Positions 9,725-17,992 of a stretch of DNA of 64,000 nucleotides are shown here, piece after piece. Position numbers and translations under genes: made by a program. Positions within the stretch are counted from its first letter, which is position 1, and each line of letters opens with the position of its first letter. The DNA is from an uncultured Candidatus Kuenenia sp. Its GTDB lineage: Bacteria; Planctomycetota; Planctomycetia; Pirellulales; UBA1268. The stretch is from contig CAZOMJ010000076.1 of NCBI GenBank assembly GCA_964581055.1, forward strand, positions 3,059 to 67,058. Direction: 5' to 3'. The notes below the pieces were generated by a model. It was not told where the DNA came from. It searched no databases and worked only from the letters and a program-made list of their open reading frames with translations.

Positions 9725-11179
9725 ATGGTCTTCAGCTCAGTCGCATTTCTGTTTTTCTTCCTGCCGGCCACGCTGCTTCTCTTTTATGCGGCGAATGAGC
9801 GGTTGCGTTTCTGGATTCTGCTGCTGGCGAGTTTGTTTTTTTATTTTTACGGTGAGAACTATCTCATCCTCGTCATGCTCGCCACAACGGCGATCGACTA
9901 TCTATGTGGCCTGATGATCGCCGGGAGTGCGCACCGTCTGCAGGAGGGAGGGCCGCGGAGTCGCACGCAGCGGCGGTGGCTGATGACTTCCGTCGTCTCG
10001 AACCTCGCGCTTTTGGGCTACTTTAAGTACTTCAACTTTTTCACCCACAGCCTGATCGAGATGCTCCGCGCCCTTGGCCTTGGACCTATGCGTTTGGACG
10101 GTTTCGTGCAGGTGGCGCTGCCTCTGGGGATCAGCTTCTACACGTTCCAGTCGATGAGCTACACGATCGATGTGTATCGGGGGCATGTCGCGGCGAACCG
10201 AAATCTGCTGACATTCTCGACCTTCGTGACAATGTTCCCGCAGCTCGTGGCGGGGCCGATCGTACGGTATGCCGACATCGAGAAACAGCTGCTTGCGCCA
10301 CGTGAGACGACTGCACAATTCGCCGAGGGCGTGCGGCGTTTTTTGGGCGGACTGGCGAAGAAGGTGCTGATCGCGAACCCCATGGGAGAAGTGGCGGACA
10401 AGATTTTTGCGATCCAGGGAGGGGAACTCTCCACGGGGATCGCCTGGGTGGGGCTGCTCGCGTACACGCTGCAGATCTATTTTGATTTCTCTGGTTACTC
10501 GTGCATGGCGATCGGGCTTGGAAAAATGTTCGGGTTCGATTTCCCAGAAAACTTCAACTTTCCCTACATATCCCGATCGGTTCGGGAATTTTGGCAGCGG
10601 TGGCACATCACGCTGTCCACCTGGTTCCGGGATTATGTCTATTTCCCGCTCGGCGGCAGCCGGGGCTCGGAACGACAAACATGGCGAAATCTCTTCATCG
10701 TGTTTCTCACCTGTGGACTCTGGCACGGTGCGAGCTGGAATTTCGTCCTTTGGGGACTTTTTCACGGGCTTTTCATTTCCCTCGAGAGGACGAGACTCGG
10801 CTCGATTCTTTCAGCACTTCCGCCGCTTTTTCGTCATGCGTATCTGCTTCTGGTTGTCATGCTCGGCTGGGTATTCTTTCGATGCGAAACAGTATCGGAT
10901 GCCATGGTGTATGTGCAACGCTTGCTGATTGTTCGGAGCACACGCCCCCAGACCATCGCCGCGTTTCTAAGCCCCGATGTGATCTTCATCATGGTGTGCG
11001 GACTGCTTTTTTCCATGCCGGTGGTTCCGTGGTTACGAGCACGGATCAATGGCCTGACTGGTGCACCGAGAGCCGCGTCCGAGATTGTGTGGATGGCTTG
11101 CACGTTCGGACTATTCCTTCTGAGCGTCGCGAGCCTTGCCTCTGGCAGCTACAACCCGTTCATCTATTTTCGGTTCTGA
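9725..11179 (+). CDS. MBOAT family O-acyltransferase (AlgI-like)
   Basis: 'MVFSS..FLFFFLP', 'LPLGISFYTFQSMSY', 'QIYFDFSGYSCMAIG', 'FWQRWHITLSTWFRDYVY', 'GLWHGA' and C-terminal 'SYNPFIYFRF'. Confidence 0.92.
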   Translation: MVFSSVAFLFFFLPATLLLFYAANERLRFWILLLASLFFYFYGENYLILVMLATTAIDYLCGLMIAGSAHRLQEGGPRSRTQRRWLMTSVVSNLALLGYFKYFNFFTHSLIEMLRALGLGPMRLDGFVQVALPLGISFYTFQSMSYTIDVYRGHVAANRNLLTFSTFVTMFPQLVAGPIVRYADIEKQLLAPRETTAQFAEGVRRFLGGLAKKVLIANPMGEVADKIFAIQGGELSTGIAWVGLLAYTLQIYFDFSGYSCMAIGLGKMFGFDFPENFNFPYISRSVREFWQRWHITLSTWFRDYVYFPLGGSRGSERQTWRNLFIVFLTCGLWHGASWNFVLWGLFHGLFISLERTRLGSILSALPPLFRHAYLLLVVMLGWVFFRCETVSDAMVYVQRLLIVRSTRPQTIAAFLSPDVIFIMVCGLLFSMPVVPWLRARINGLTGAPRAASEIVWMACTFGLFLLSVASLASGSYNPFIYFRF

Positions 11180-11183
11180 AGTC

Positions 11184-13217
11184 ATGCAACGTGTCGTCAA
11201 CTATTGTTTCATTGCGATCTTCTGCGGTGCACTGGCGATCGTGCCGCTGTTTTTCGCTTTGGGACTTCGCGTTCAATCCCCCGGGGCTTTTCTCCAGTTT
11301 GATCAACGTCCGCGCAGCTCGCTGGCGCAACCGGGCTGGGATCGCGAGTCACTGAGGACTTACTTCGGGTCTTTCGAGCGATTTCTCTCTGACCGGTTGC
11401 CGTTTCGCGAGGACCTCCTCAAGACGAGGGCATACGTCAACCTGAGGTTTGGAAAGCTGCTCAACCCCGAGGTCGTTGTTTTGGGAAAAAACGGCTGGCT
11501 GTTCTTTGGAAACGCCGTGGGCCGCGGGATCGATCAACACCGCGGACTGGCCCCCATGGACCCCAGGCAACTGGACGCGTTCCAGCGATACTTCAGCGAC
11601 ATCCACCGGCACCTGGAGCAAGCGGGCATTCCCTTTCTGGTCGTCATTGCACCGGACAAGCACACCATCTACCCGGAATTCCTTCCGAGCCATCTTTCAC
11701 AAAAAGGCGTCTCGCCGGCCGATCAGATCATGGCTCACCCGATGGGGTGTGAGATTCTGGACCTGCGCCCGGTGCTCCTCGGGCATAAAAACAAGTCGTC
11801 ACCGCCCCTCTATTACAAAACGGATTCCCACTGGAACGAGTACGGTGCCTACCTCGCCTACAGGAGCATCATGATGCGGCTACCTTTGGGTGCGCCGGTC
11901 GAGGCACGAGAGGATGACTTCGTTCAATTGCCGGTGACAGGAAAGGGGGACCTCGCTGTCAAGGTTGGCGGGGCGGTTTCCTTCTCCGATTCACTCACTC
12001 ACATCCGCCGGAATTTCTTCCGGGGAACACTCGAAGTCGAAAATCTCAACGATGGGAGTCTTGCCAAACAGAACCGGATCGAGATGAACCGGGTGTCACA
12101 ATTCCACTCTCTGAAAGTCTCGAATCCCGACAAGTCGGGATCCATTCTGCTCCTCGGCGACTCTTTTCTGGACAATCTTACGCGTTTTTTCAACAACACC
12201 TTCGGCCATACCGTGTATCAGCACTACACGGAGTTCGGGACAGCGAGCATCGGCCGGCTCGTTGCGGATGTCCAACCGCAGGCAGTGGTTTTTGTGATCG
12301 TGGAGCGGAATCTCATTCTGCCCGTCTCAAGATTCATTCCGGACTCGGGTGCGACGGGTTCCAAAACCGAACCACAGAGCGGCTCCACGGCATCCGCGAA
12401 AACGAACTGCGGACCATCATCGGTGCTGATCCCAAACGACAGACTTTTTTCGGACTCGAGCTTCGTTCGTGGCATCGAGAGTGTCCGTGCGGAGCAGGGC
12501 GGAGTCTTCTTCACCTCGACCGGAAACGACCCCTATTTCCATCTGCCACAGGCTCCGCCAATGCCGGAGGGGGCGACGGTGGCGATCGAACTCACACTGC
12601 CCGCAGAGAGGCTTGTTCAGCTCTTCTATCAAACCACCGAGACTCCGACGTTTACGGAAGAGAATTCCGAGAAAGCAATCCTCCCAGCTGGTCGCCACCG
12701 CCTCGAGTGGCCCATCAAAGCGTCGTTGAACGGTGTCTTCCGCCTCGATCCAGGCAATGGACCTGGTAACTACCAGATCCACAAGGTGGAGTTTTGTCCT
12801 TCGTTGTCGTCCGGTGCCCGGAAGTCCTCCACGGCTTTCACGTTTGCCAATGAGAAACTGCTCGCGGAATCAAGCTTTGTTCACGGAATGGAAAACGTGC
12901 GATTGCAGCAAGACGCACTCTGCTTCACCTCGGTCGGTGACGATCCCCATTTCTATCTGCCCCCGGCTCCGCCTATGCCGAAGGGAGCCACGGTGGCGAT
13001 CGACCTCACGCTGCCCGCAGAGAGATTGGTTCAGCTTTATTATCAGACCGCCGACAGGCCGGAGTTCACCGAGGAACATTCCGTCACAAAAGCCCTTCCT
13101 CCCGGCCGTCATCTCCTCGAGTGGCCGATCAAGGCCTCCCTCAATGGTGCCTTTCGCCTCGACGCAGGGAACGGTCCGGGTGAGTATCGCGTTCACAAAG
13201 TGGAAATCCGCCCGTGA
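11184..13217 (+). CDS. AlgJ/AlgX-like SGNH O-acetyltransferase with two tandem C-terminal beta-sandwich-like domains
   Basis: N-terminal TM; 'VVLGKNGWLF', 'IAPDKHTIYPE', 'YYKTDSHWN' and 'GDSF'. ATG 5 nt after the MBOAT stop. Confidence 0.82.
   Translation: MQRVVNYCFIAIFCGALAIVPLFFALGLRVQSPGAFLQFDQRPRSSLAQPGWDRESLRTYFGSFERFLSDRLPFREDLLKTRAYVNLRFGKLLNPEVVVLGKNGWLFFGNAVGRGIDQHRGLAPMDPRQLDAFQRYFSDIHRHLEQAGIPFLVVIAPDKHTIYPEFLPSHLSQKGVSPADQIMAHPMGCEILDLRPVLLGHKNKSSPPLYYKTDSHWNEYGAYLAYRSIMMRLPLGAPVEAREDDFVQLPVTGKGDLAVKVGGAVSFSDSLTHIRRNFFRGTLEVENLNDGSLAKQNRIEMNRVSQFHSLKVSNPDKSGSILLLGDSFLDNLTRFFNNTFGHTVYQHYTEFGTASIGRLVADVQPQAVVFVIVERNLILPVSRFIPDSGATGSKTEPQSGSTASAKTNCGPSSVLIPNDRLFSDSSFVRGIESVRAEQGGVFFTSTGNDPYFHLPQAPPMPEGATVAIELTLPAERLVQLFYQTTETPTFTEENSEKAILPAGRHRLEWPIKASLNGVFRLDPGNGPGNYQIHKVEFCPSLSSGARKSSTAFTFANEKLLAESSFVHGMENVRLQQDALCFTSVGDDPHFYLPPAPPMPKGATVAIDLTLPAERLVQLYYQTADRPEFTEEHSVTKALPPGRHLLEWPIKASLNGAFRLDAGNGPGEYRVHKVEIRP
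12435..13208 (+). repeat. Tandem 360-nt (120-aa) domain duplication: 12435-12794 and 12849-13208
   Basis: Units share 'F..DP.F.LP.APPMP.GATVAI.LTLPAERLVQL.YQT...F.EE.S....LP.GRH.LEWPIKASLNG.FRLD.GNGPG.Y..HKVE' and clear DNA-level similarity. Confidence 0.95.
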
Positions 13218-13436
13218 CCAAGGACGCCCTACTCACCAACTACAGCCAGCGCTTCCGTGAGGCAGCGGCCCGTTGAGCTGATCCGCGGAAGCAAAACGTC
13301 GACGAGGCGAGACGAGCGGTTCAGGTCGAGCAGCGTCTTCACGCCACCGTTCCCGAGAGCCACCGCTCACGCTCGGCCGTGAACGCCAAGCAGGCCCGAA
13401 TGTCTTCGGAGGTCTGGTCCGGGCCCTTCCAAGGGA

Positions 13437-13638
13437 GTCGGTCTGCTCCGTCGCGCCGATCTTCTTGACCTCCTTTGTGACAGTCTTGCCTCTCCCCACC
13501 TCAACCTCGACCTCTCGAAGCTCAGGTGTGATCTGCTCAGTCAGTTCCTTCTTTCCGCGTGGCATTGGTTGCCTCCCTTGGTTTGCTCCACCTCCAGATT
13601 CTCTCTCTGGAAGCGGTGCCGTTTAAGGGGGGCAGGTC
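13437..13638 (-). mobile_element. IS3-family (IS407-like) remnant: left end plus truncated orfA
   Basis: Minus strand begins (c)GACCTGCCCCCC, resembling the TGACCTGCCCCC IS407-group end. It continues through RBS GGAGG into 'MPRGKKELTEQITPELREVEVEVGRGKTV..VKKIGATEQT', which resembles the OrfA HTH; similarity stops after TEQT. Confidence 0.75.
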
Positions 13639-15020
13639 GTAATCTCGTCACACTGCTGCCGGAGTCGGGCGACAATGTCCGGATGCTGCTTCGCAACATC
13701 CACCTGTTCGGCGGGATCGTTCTTTAGATCAAACAGTTGCATTGCAGCGGCGGCAATGCCGGCTTGCGCGCCGGGATACTCACTCGGCTGCGGTTGCTCA
13801 CGTGGCGCGACGATTGTCGTGCCGTCCGGTCCGCGAGGGTCCGTCCACTGACCGCCGCGTTTTGTGGCTCCAAGGAAGGGATCATTACCAGGCAAAACGT
13901 GCAGCTTCCACTGGCTGTCACGGATGAAGGCCGGCTTCTCGCCCTGAGCTCCAACAATTGCCTGATGTTCACTCGTCGCCGTGGTTGACGTAAACAGTGG
14001 CAGCAGATTGCGACCGTCGATAATACGATCCTGTGGCGCTGCGATGCCTGCAACATGGAGCACTGTCGCGAAGATATCCATCGTCACGGCCAACTCTTCG
14101 CTCGTGTGTCCGCCCGGGATTTTTCCCGGCCAGCGCGCAATGCAAGGGACTCGATGCCCACCCTCGTAAGTGCTGCCCTTCATGCCGCGAAGTCCGGCAG
14201 TGCTTCCTCCGTACCACGGCCCGTTATCGCTGGTGAAGAGCACGAACGTGTTCTCGTCCAGCTGCAGCGACCTGAGCTTCGCGAAGAGCTGCCCGACACC
14301 GGCATCCAGCTCCGCCAGCACATCGCCGTAAAGGCCGAGCTGCGTTTGACGATAAAACCTGTCGGATGCTGCCAGTGGCTTATGCGGCATGCTGTGCGGC
14401 AGGTAGAGAAAGAACGGACGCGAGCGGTTCTGTTCGATGAACGCCAGCGCGCGATCGGTGTATCGCTGAGTCAGCTTTGACTGATCGAGCGGGAACTCGG
14501 GATCGGGCTGAGTGCCTTCAAACAGCCTGACCGGCCGCATGTCGTTGGAGTAGGGGATGCCAAAGTAACTGTCAAAGCCGCGACTAGTCGGCAGCCACTC
14601 GGGCTTCGCATGTCCTAGGTGCCACTTGCCGACAATCGCCGTCGCATAGCCGGCCTGGCGAAAGAGTTGTCCGAGTGTGATTTCGGTTTCCGGCAGGTGC
14701 GTCTGGTCTGCGATCGCCCCCCCATCGGGAGCGGGGTTCGACGGCATTCCACAGCGAAATGGATACCGCCCCGTCAAGAGCGCCGCTCGGGTCGGAGCGC
14801 AGACCGGGCTCGGCGTGTTGAAGTGTGTGAGTCGAGCTCCCTCGGCGGCCATCCGATCCAGATGCGGTGTTCTGAACTTTGGATGTCCGTAGCAGCCGAG
14901 ATCACCATAACCAAGATCGTCCGCGAGAATGACGATCACATTGGGCGGGGCAGCAGTAACAGCCATGCACGTGCTCAGGAAGAGCAGGCCTGCGGCAAGA
15001 GCGTTTCTCAGCAGTGGCAT
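13623..15020 (-). CDS. Exported S1-family sulfatase (arylsulfatase A-like)
   Basis: Signal peptide, 'PNVIVILADDLGYGD', formylglycine motif CAPTR (CxPxR), 'GKWHLG' and 'SDNG'. Start set at MPLLRN. Confidence 0.93.
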   Translation of the reverse strand: MPLLRNALAAGLLFLSTCMAVTAAPPNVIVILADDLGYGDLGCYGHPKFRTPHLDRMAAEGARLTHFNTPSPVCAPTRAALLTGRYPFRCGMPSNPAPDGGAIADQTHLPETEITLGQLFRQAGYATAIVGKWHLGHAKPEWLPTSRGFDSYFGIPYSNDMRPVRLFEGTQPDPEFPLDQSKLTQRYTDRALAFIEQNRSRPFFLYLPHSMPHKPLAASDRFYRQTQLGLYGDVLAELDAGVGQLFAKLRSLQLDENTFVLFTSDNGPWYGGSTAGLRGMKGSTYEGGHRVPCIARWPGKIPGGHTSEELAVTMDIFATVLHVAGIAAPQDRIIDGRNLLPLFTSTTATSEHQAIVGAQGEKPAFIRDSQWKLHVLPGNDPFLGATKRGGQWTDPRGPDGTTIVAPREQPQPSEYPGAQAGIAAAAMQLFDLKNDPAEQVDVAKQHPDIVARLRQQCDEITTCPP

Positions 15021-15148
15021 CACCAGGGCTCCTGTGTGCGAACAAAAAGTTGGCGACTTGTGCCCTTCGTAAAACACCGCAAAAGCGAACGCAGGAAGGC
15101 GGGAAGCAGGACGAGTCAAGTGCCCCCATGAATGGCGACATGCTCTAA

Positions 15149-15203
15149 GTTAGGGTTTTGCCCCTCAACTGACCATCGCTGTGCGTTTGCGGAGGCGCAG
15201 CCG
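15149..15203 (-). repeat. ~55-bp dispersed element, copy 1 (inverted relative to 17874-17923)
   Basis: Reverse complement reads cggctgcgcctccgcaaacgcacagcgatggtcagttgaggggcaaaaccctaac. Confidence 0.8.
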
Positions 15204-15262
15204 TAACAACCGTACAAGGCTGCAGCGACTCTGGGTCCGGGGGTCGGTATCCCGGGGCACTG

Positions 15263-15316
15263 TTTCAACCACCGCACGGCGATGCCCGGGAAATCCTCAT
15301 CCGCGAGAAAAAGCAT
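15263..15316 (-). pseudogene. DUF5615 PIN-like toxin, N-terminal remnant
   Basis: 'MLFLADEDFPGIAVRWLK' matches the MxFLADENFP start of this family. The ORF (15116-15316) then loses similarity. Lies directly downstream of the DUF433 gene. Confidence 0.65.
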
Positions 15317-15328
15317 GCCTGTCTGCTC

Positions 15329-15565
15329 TCATTCGGGCGAGGTAAGAGCGACAACACGCTCCGATGTCAGGATCTCGGTTGCGTAGAAGAGGCACGCAGA
15401 AATGTCATCGTGTGTCAGGCCGGGGTAGTTCTCGATGATCTACTTCTCGGACCAACCGTTAGCCATGAGTTCGACGATCTTCTCAACGGCCAGCCTTGTG
15501 CCTTTGACGACCGGCTTTCCACCGAGAATGCCCGGACCAAACCCGATGCGTGCCTGCCAGTTCAC
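15329..15565 (-). pseudogene. DUF433 antitoxin-like gene with in-frame TAG (not in ORF track)
   Basis: Manual translation from GTG 15565 (RBS AAGGAG upstream): NWQARIGFGPGILGGKPVVKGTRLAVEKIVELMANGWSEK*IIENYPGLTHDDISACLFYA. Stop at 15440-15442. Confidence 0.85.
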
Positions 15566-15902
15566 TACGATGACTCCTTAAAGGAAGATCCGGCGATCAA
15601 GTGGCTAGCCGGGTCTGTAACAAACGCTGCGATCCCCAAGTTCTCCCCCCCCGGAAGCCCGGACAACATAGCCTTGCACTGACGCTGCTACAAACTTGGC
15701 ACCAGCCCGGTTTTCGGCGATGCACGGCTGGCTGCGGTATTCTGAGGGCGCCATTGCTGACCGCACCAACGATGTATGCTGGTAGGCCAATGGTCGGTAT
15801 GCCGCCGGTCGTAGCCCCGGGCACGGAGGCACAGCGAACAAGACAGCCTCGTCGGAGGAAAATCAACAAAACCTTCAACAAGATTCTGCAAAAACCGCTT
15901 TC

Positions 15903-15976
15903 GCGCCCGTAGCTCAGGTGGATAGAGCATGGGATTTCTAATCCCAGGGTCGCTGGTTCGAGTCCAGCCGGGCGTA
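15903..15976 (+). tRNA. tRNA-Arg (anticodon TCT)
   Basis: GCGCCCG/CGGGCGT acceptor stem, D arm AGCTCAGGTGGATAGAGC, anticodon arm TGGGA-TTTCTAA-TCCCA, T loop GGTTCGAGTCC. CCA not encoded. Confidence 0.97.
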
Positions 15977-16074
15977 CTAGAAGTTTGGCGGGCACGATGC
16001 CCGCCCATCGAGAGCCGACGGAGGTCGGCCAAGCAAAGCGAGGCACGATGCCGAGGCTTTGCGTGAACACAGCC

Positions 16075-16102
16075 CGCTGGTTCGAGTCCAGCCGGGCGTA
16101 CT
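16075..16102 (+). repeat. att-like copy 1 of tRNA-Arg 3' end (28/28 identical)
   Basis: cgctggttcgagtccagccgggcgtact equals 15951-15978. Confidence 0.92.
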
Positions 16103-16455
16103 TGAAAAGCACTGGGACAACATTGCTTTTCGCATTTCAGGTGCTGAGCGGGTTTCGTCGATCCGGCATCTGTCATCAAAATCCTCAAATCTGTACCGGC
16201 ATAGGGCGGGCCTGCCCACACTCGATCCAAAGCAAACAGCCGTTCCGGTGGCGTGGATGCCCCTAAAAAAACAGTTACCCGATGACGCCAGCAAACGCAG
16301 GCTCACCCCGTCTGTCGGTCCTGCTTGGCACGTTTCTTGGCGATCTCGACCACCAGGGCCCAGACGGTGGCGGCAGCAGTATTGACTATGTGAGAGAATA
16401 TCCATCGTTTATTCGACCTGTCCTCCATGTTGTCGCGTTCCTTAGAAAGGGATCC

Positions 16456-17235
16456 ATGATGGTCTATCTCCCGTGCCGCCCCCGTTTCAGAGTGTTGTAT
16501 CTCTTCGTGCTGGCGGTGGTCATATCCGTGGCCGGTGCGCCCGCCATTTCGTTCGCCGACGAACCGATGCCCGATGCTGCAACTCTGGAGGCTACGGAGA
16601 AGAAGGCGCTGCGTGGCGTCCTCACGCGGGAGCAGCAGGCTGCATACACGCCCCAGACGGTGCTGGACAACCTCCTGGCGGGCAATCGTCGCTTCGTGGC
16701 GAACAACCTCACGCAGCGGAACCACTCACAGCGGATCCGCGAGGCCTCCGAAGGCCAGTTTCCAAAGGCGGTGATTCTTTCCTGCCTCGACAGTCGCATT
16801 CCCGTGGAGGACGTCTTCGGTCTTGGCATCGGCGACATCTTCGTGGCCCGTGTCGCCGGGAACTTCGTCAACGAGGACATTCTCGGCAGCATGGAGTTTG
16901 GCTGCCATGTCGCGGGGGCGAAGGTGATCATCGTGATCGGGCATACCCAGTGCGGTGCCGTTAAAGCCGCGATCGACGACGTGAAGCTGGGCAACATCAC
17001 GCCCATGCTCGCCAAGATTCGGCCAGCGATCGAGAAGGGCAGGCCATTTGACGGCAAGAAGGGGAGCGACAACCCCGCCTATGTCGCCCACGTCTGCCGC
17101 GAGAACGTACGACTAGCCGTCGAGACCATCCGTGAACGCAGCGAGATCCTCCGCACGATGGAGGCCGACGGCTCGCTCAAGATCGTCGGGGCCTACTACG
17201 ATCTCCACTCCGGTGAAGTGACGCCGTTGCCGTGA
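16456..17235 (+). CDS. Beta-class carbonic anhydrase with signal peptide
   Basis: Zn ligands 'CLDSR' and 'GHTQCGAVKA', 'RVAGN', 'L..L..GNRRF'. Hydrophobic leader ending ...AISFA-DE. Start moved from 16282 to ATG 16456. Confidence 0.93.
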   Translation: MMVYLPCRPRFRVLYLFVLAVVISVAGAPAISFADEPMPDAATLEATEKKALRGVLTREQQAAYTPQTVLDNLLAGNRRFVANNLTQRNHSQRIREASEGQFPKAVILSCLDSRIPVEDVFGLGIGDIFVARVAGNFVNEDILGSMEFGCHVAGAKVIIVIGHTQCGAVKAAIDDVKLGNITPMLAKIRPAIEKGRPFDGKKGSDNPAYVAHVCRENVRLAVETIRERSEILRTMEADGSLKIVGAYYDLHSGEVTPLP

Positions 17236-17285
17236 CGCGGGCCGCGGCACACCACTCCCCGGCCCCGGAGACGCTGCAGCCCAGT

Positions 17286-17586
17286 GTCGAGTAGGCCCGG
17301 GGGCTTTCGCCCCAGGCCTCTCACAGAACCGGACTTGTGGGTCACACATCCGGCTCTTTGGGTTTCAGTCTCACAGGTCGAACAACAGCGTTTGAGCAGA
17401 GGCCAGTTTCGGGGGCGGGTTGAGCTCCTCCCACGTGGCAGCCAGTGACACCAGCCGCTCGTGGAACCACGCGTTCCGGTACGCCACAGTCATTCCCGGG
17501 GTGTTGCTCTGGTACCACACGCCCCGTCGGCAGTAAGCCGTGCTCGTGGCTGCACGCGCACTGGCCCCACGTTGTTGCAGGTGCCG
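17286..17586 (-). mobile_element. Group II intron 3' remnant: RT/maturase C-terminus, domain V and domain VI
   Basis: Minus strand: ...LQQRGASARAATSTAYCRRGVWYQSNTPGMTVAYRNAWFHERLVSL...DL* (stop 17371-17373). Then DV GAGCCGGATGTGTGACCCACAAGTCCGGTTC (AGC triad), then DVI GAGAGG...CCTACTCGAC with bulged A. Confidence 0.88.
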
Positions 17587-17696
17587 TCCTCTCGGAGATC
17601 AGTGACGACTGGGAAACCGAACGCGCCTACCTGAACATGGAAGCCAGATGACCCGCCTCTGAAATCCGCGATTTACAGAAGAGGTGTTGCTTTACC
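17574..17696 (+). mobile_element. IS256-family remnant: transposase C-terminus and right end
   Basis: 'AVLSEISDDWETERAYLNMEAR*' resembles IS256 transposase C-termini. Followed by atttacagaagaggtgttgctttacc, an IS256-like terminal repeat. Confidence 0.7.
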
Positions 17697-17873
17697 ACGT
17701 GCGTTCGGTGCTGCGGTTCGCCTCGGGCTTCCATCCCACACGCCCTCGCGGGAAAGACCTCGGCTGTGCAATGCCAGCCTCGGCCTCGTGCAGCTGCCTC
17801 CGGCTTCTGGTTGCCTCCAACGGGCCCCATAAAGGACTCTCACCTTCGATCATTCATCCATGCCCAACGCACG

Positions 17874-17923
17874 CGGCTGCGCCTCCGCAACCGCACTGGT
17901 CTGTCAAAGGGCAAAACCCTAAC
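17874..17923 (+). repeat. ~50-bp dispersed element, copy 2
   Basis: cggctgcgcctccgcaaccgcactggtctgtcaaagggcaaaaccctaac. Shares 17-bp and 15-bp exact blocks with the reverse complement of 15149-15203. Confidence 0.8.
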
Positions 17924-17992
17924 GTCCCCGGATGGATCAAGAAACGGGGAGGACGTCAGTTTCTCCGGGAGTTGTGAAATCGTCCCGCCTCA

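Noticed and set aside
13218-13436. Additional gene fragments between the AlgJ-like gene and the IS3 remnant
   Set aside because: Short open stretches without a recognisable family; cannot be supported.
15597-16112. 171-aa ORF (and overlapping ORFs) across the tRNA
   Set aside because: 'RPAGLEPATLGL' is the typical antisense translation of a tRNA gene.
16282-16455. Longer start for carbonic anhydrase
   Set aside because: The extension precedes an obvious signal peptide beginning at ATG 16456.
15149-17923. Composite transposon bounded by the inverted ~50-bp elements
   Set aside because: The span includes the resident tRNA, no transposase is inside, and no target duplication is visible.
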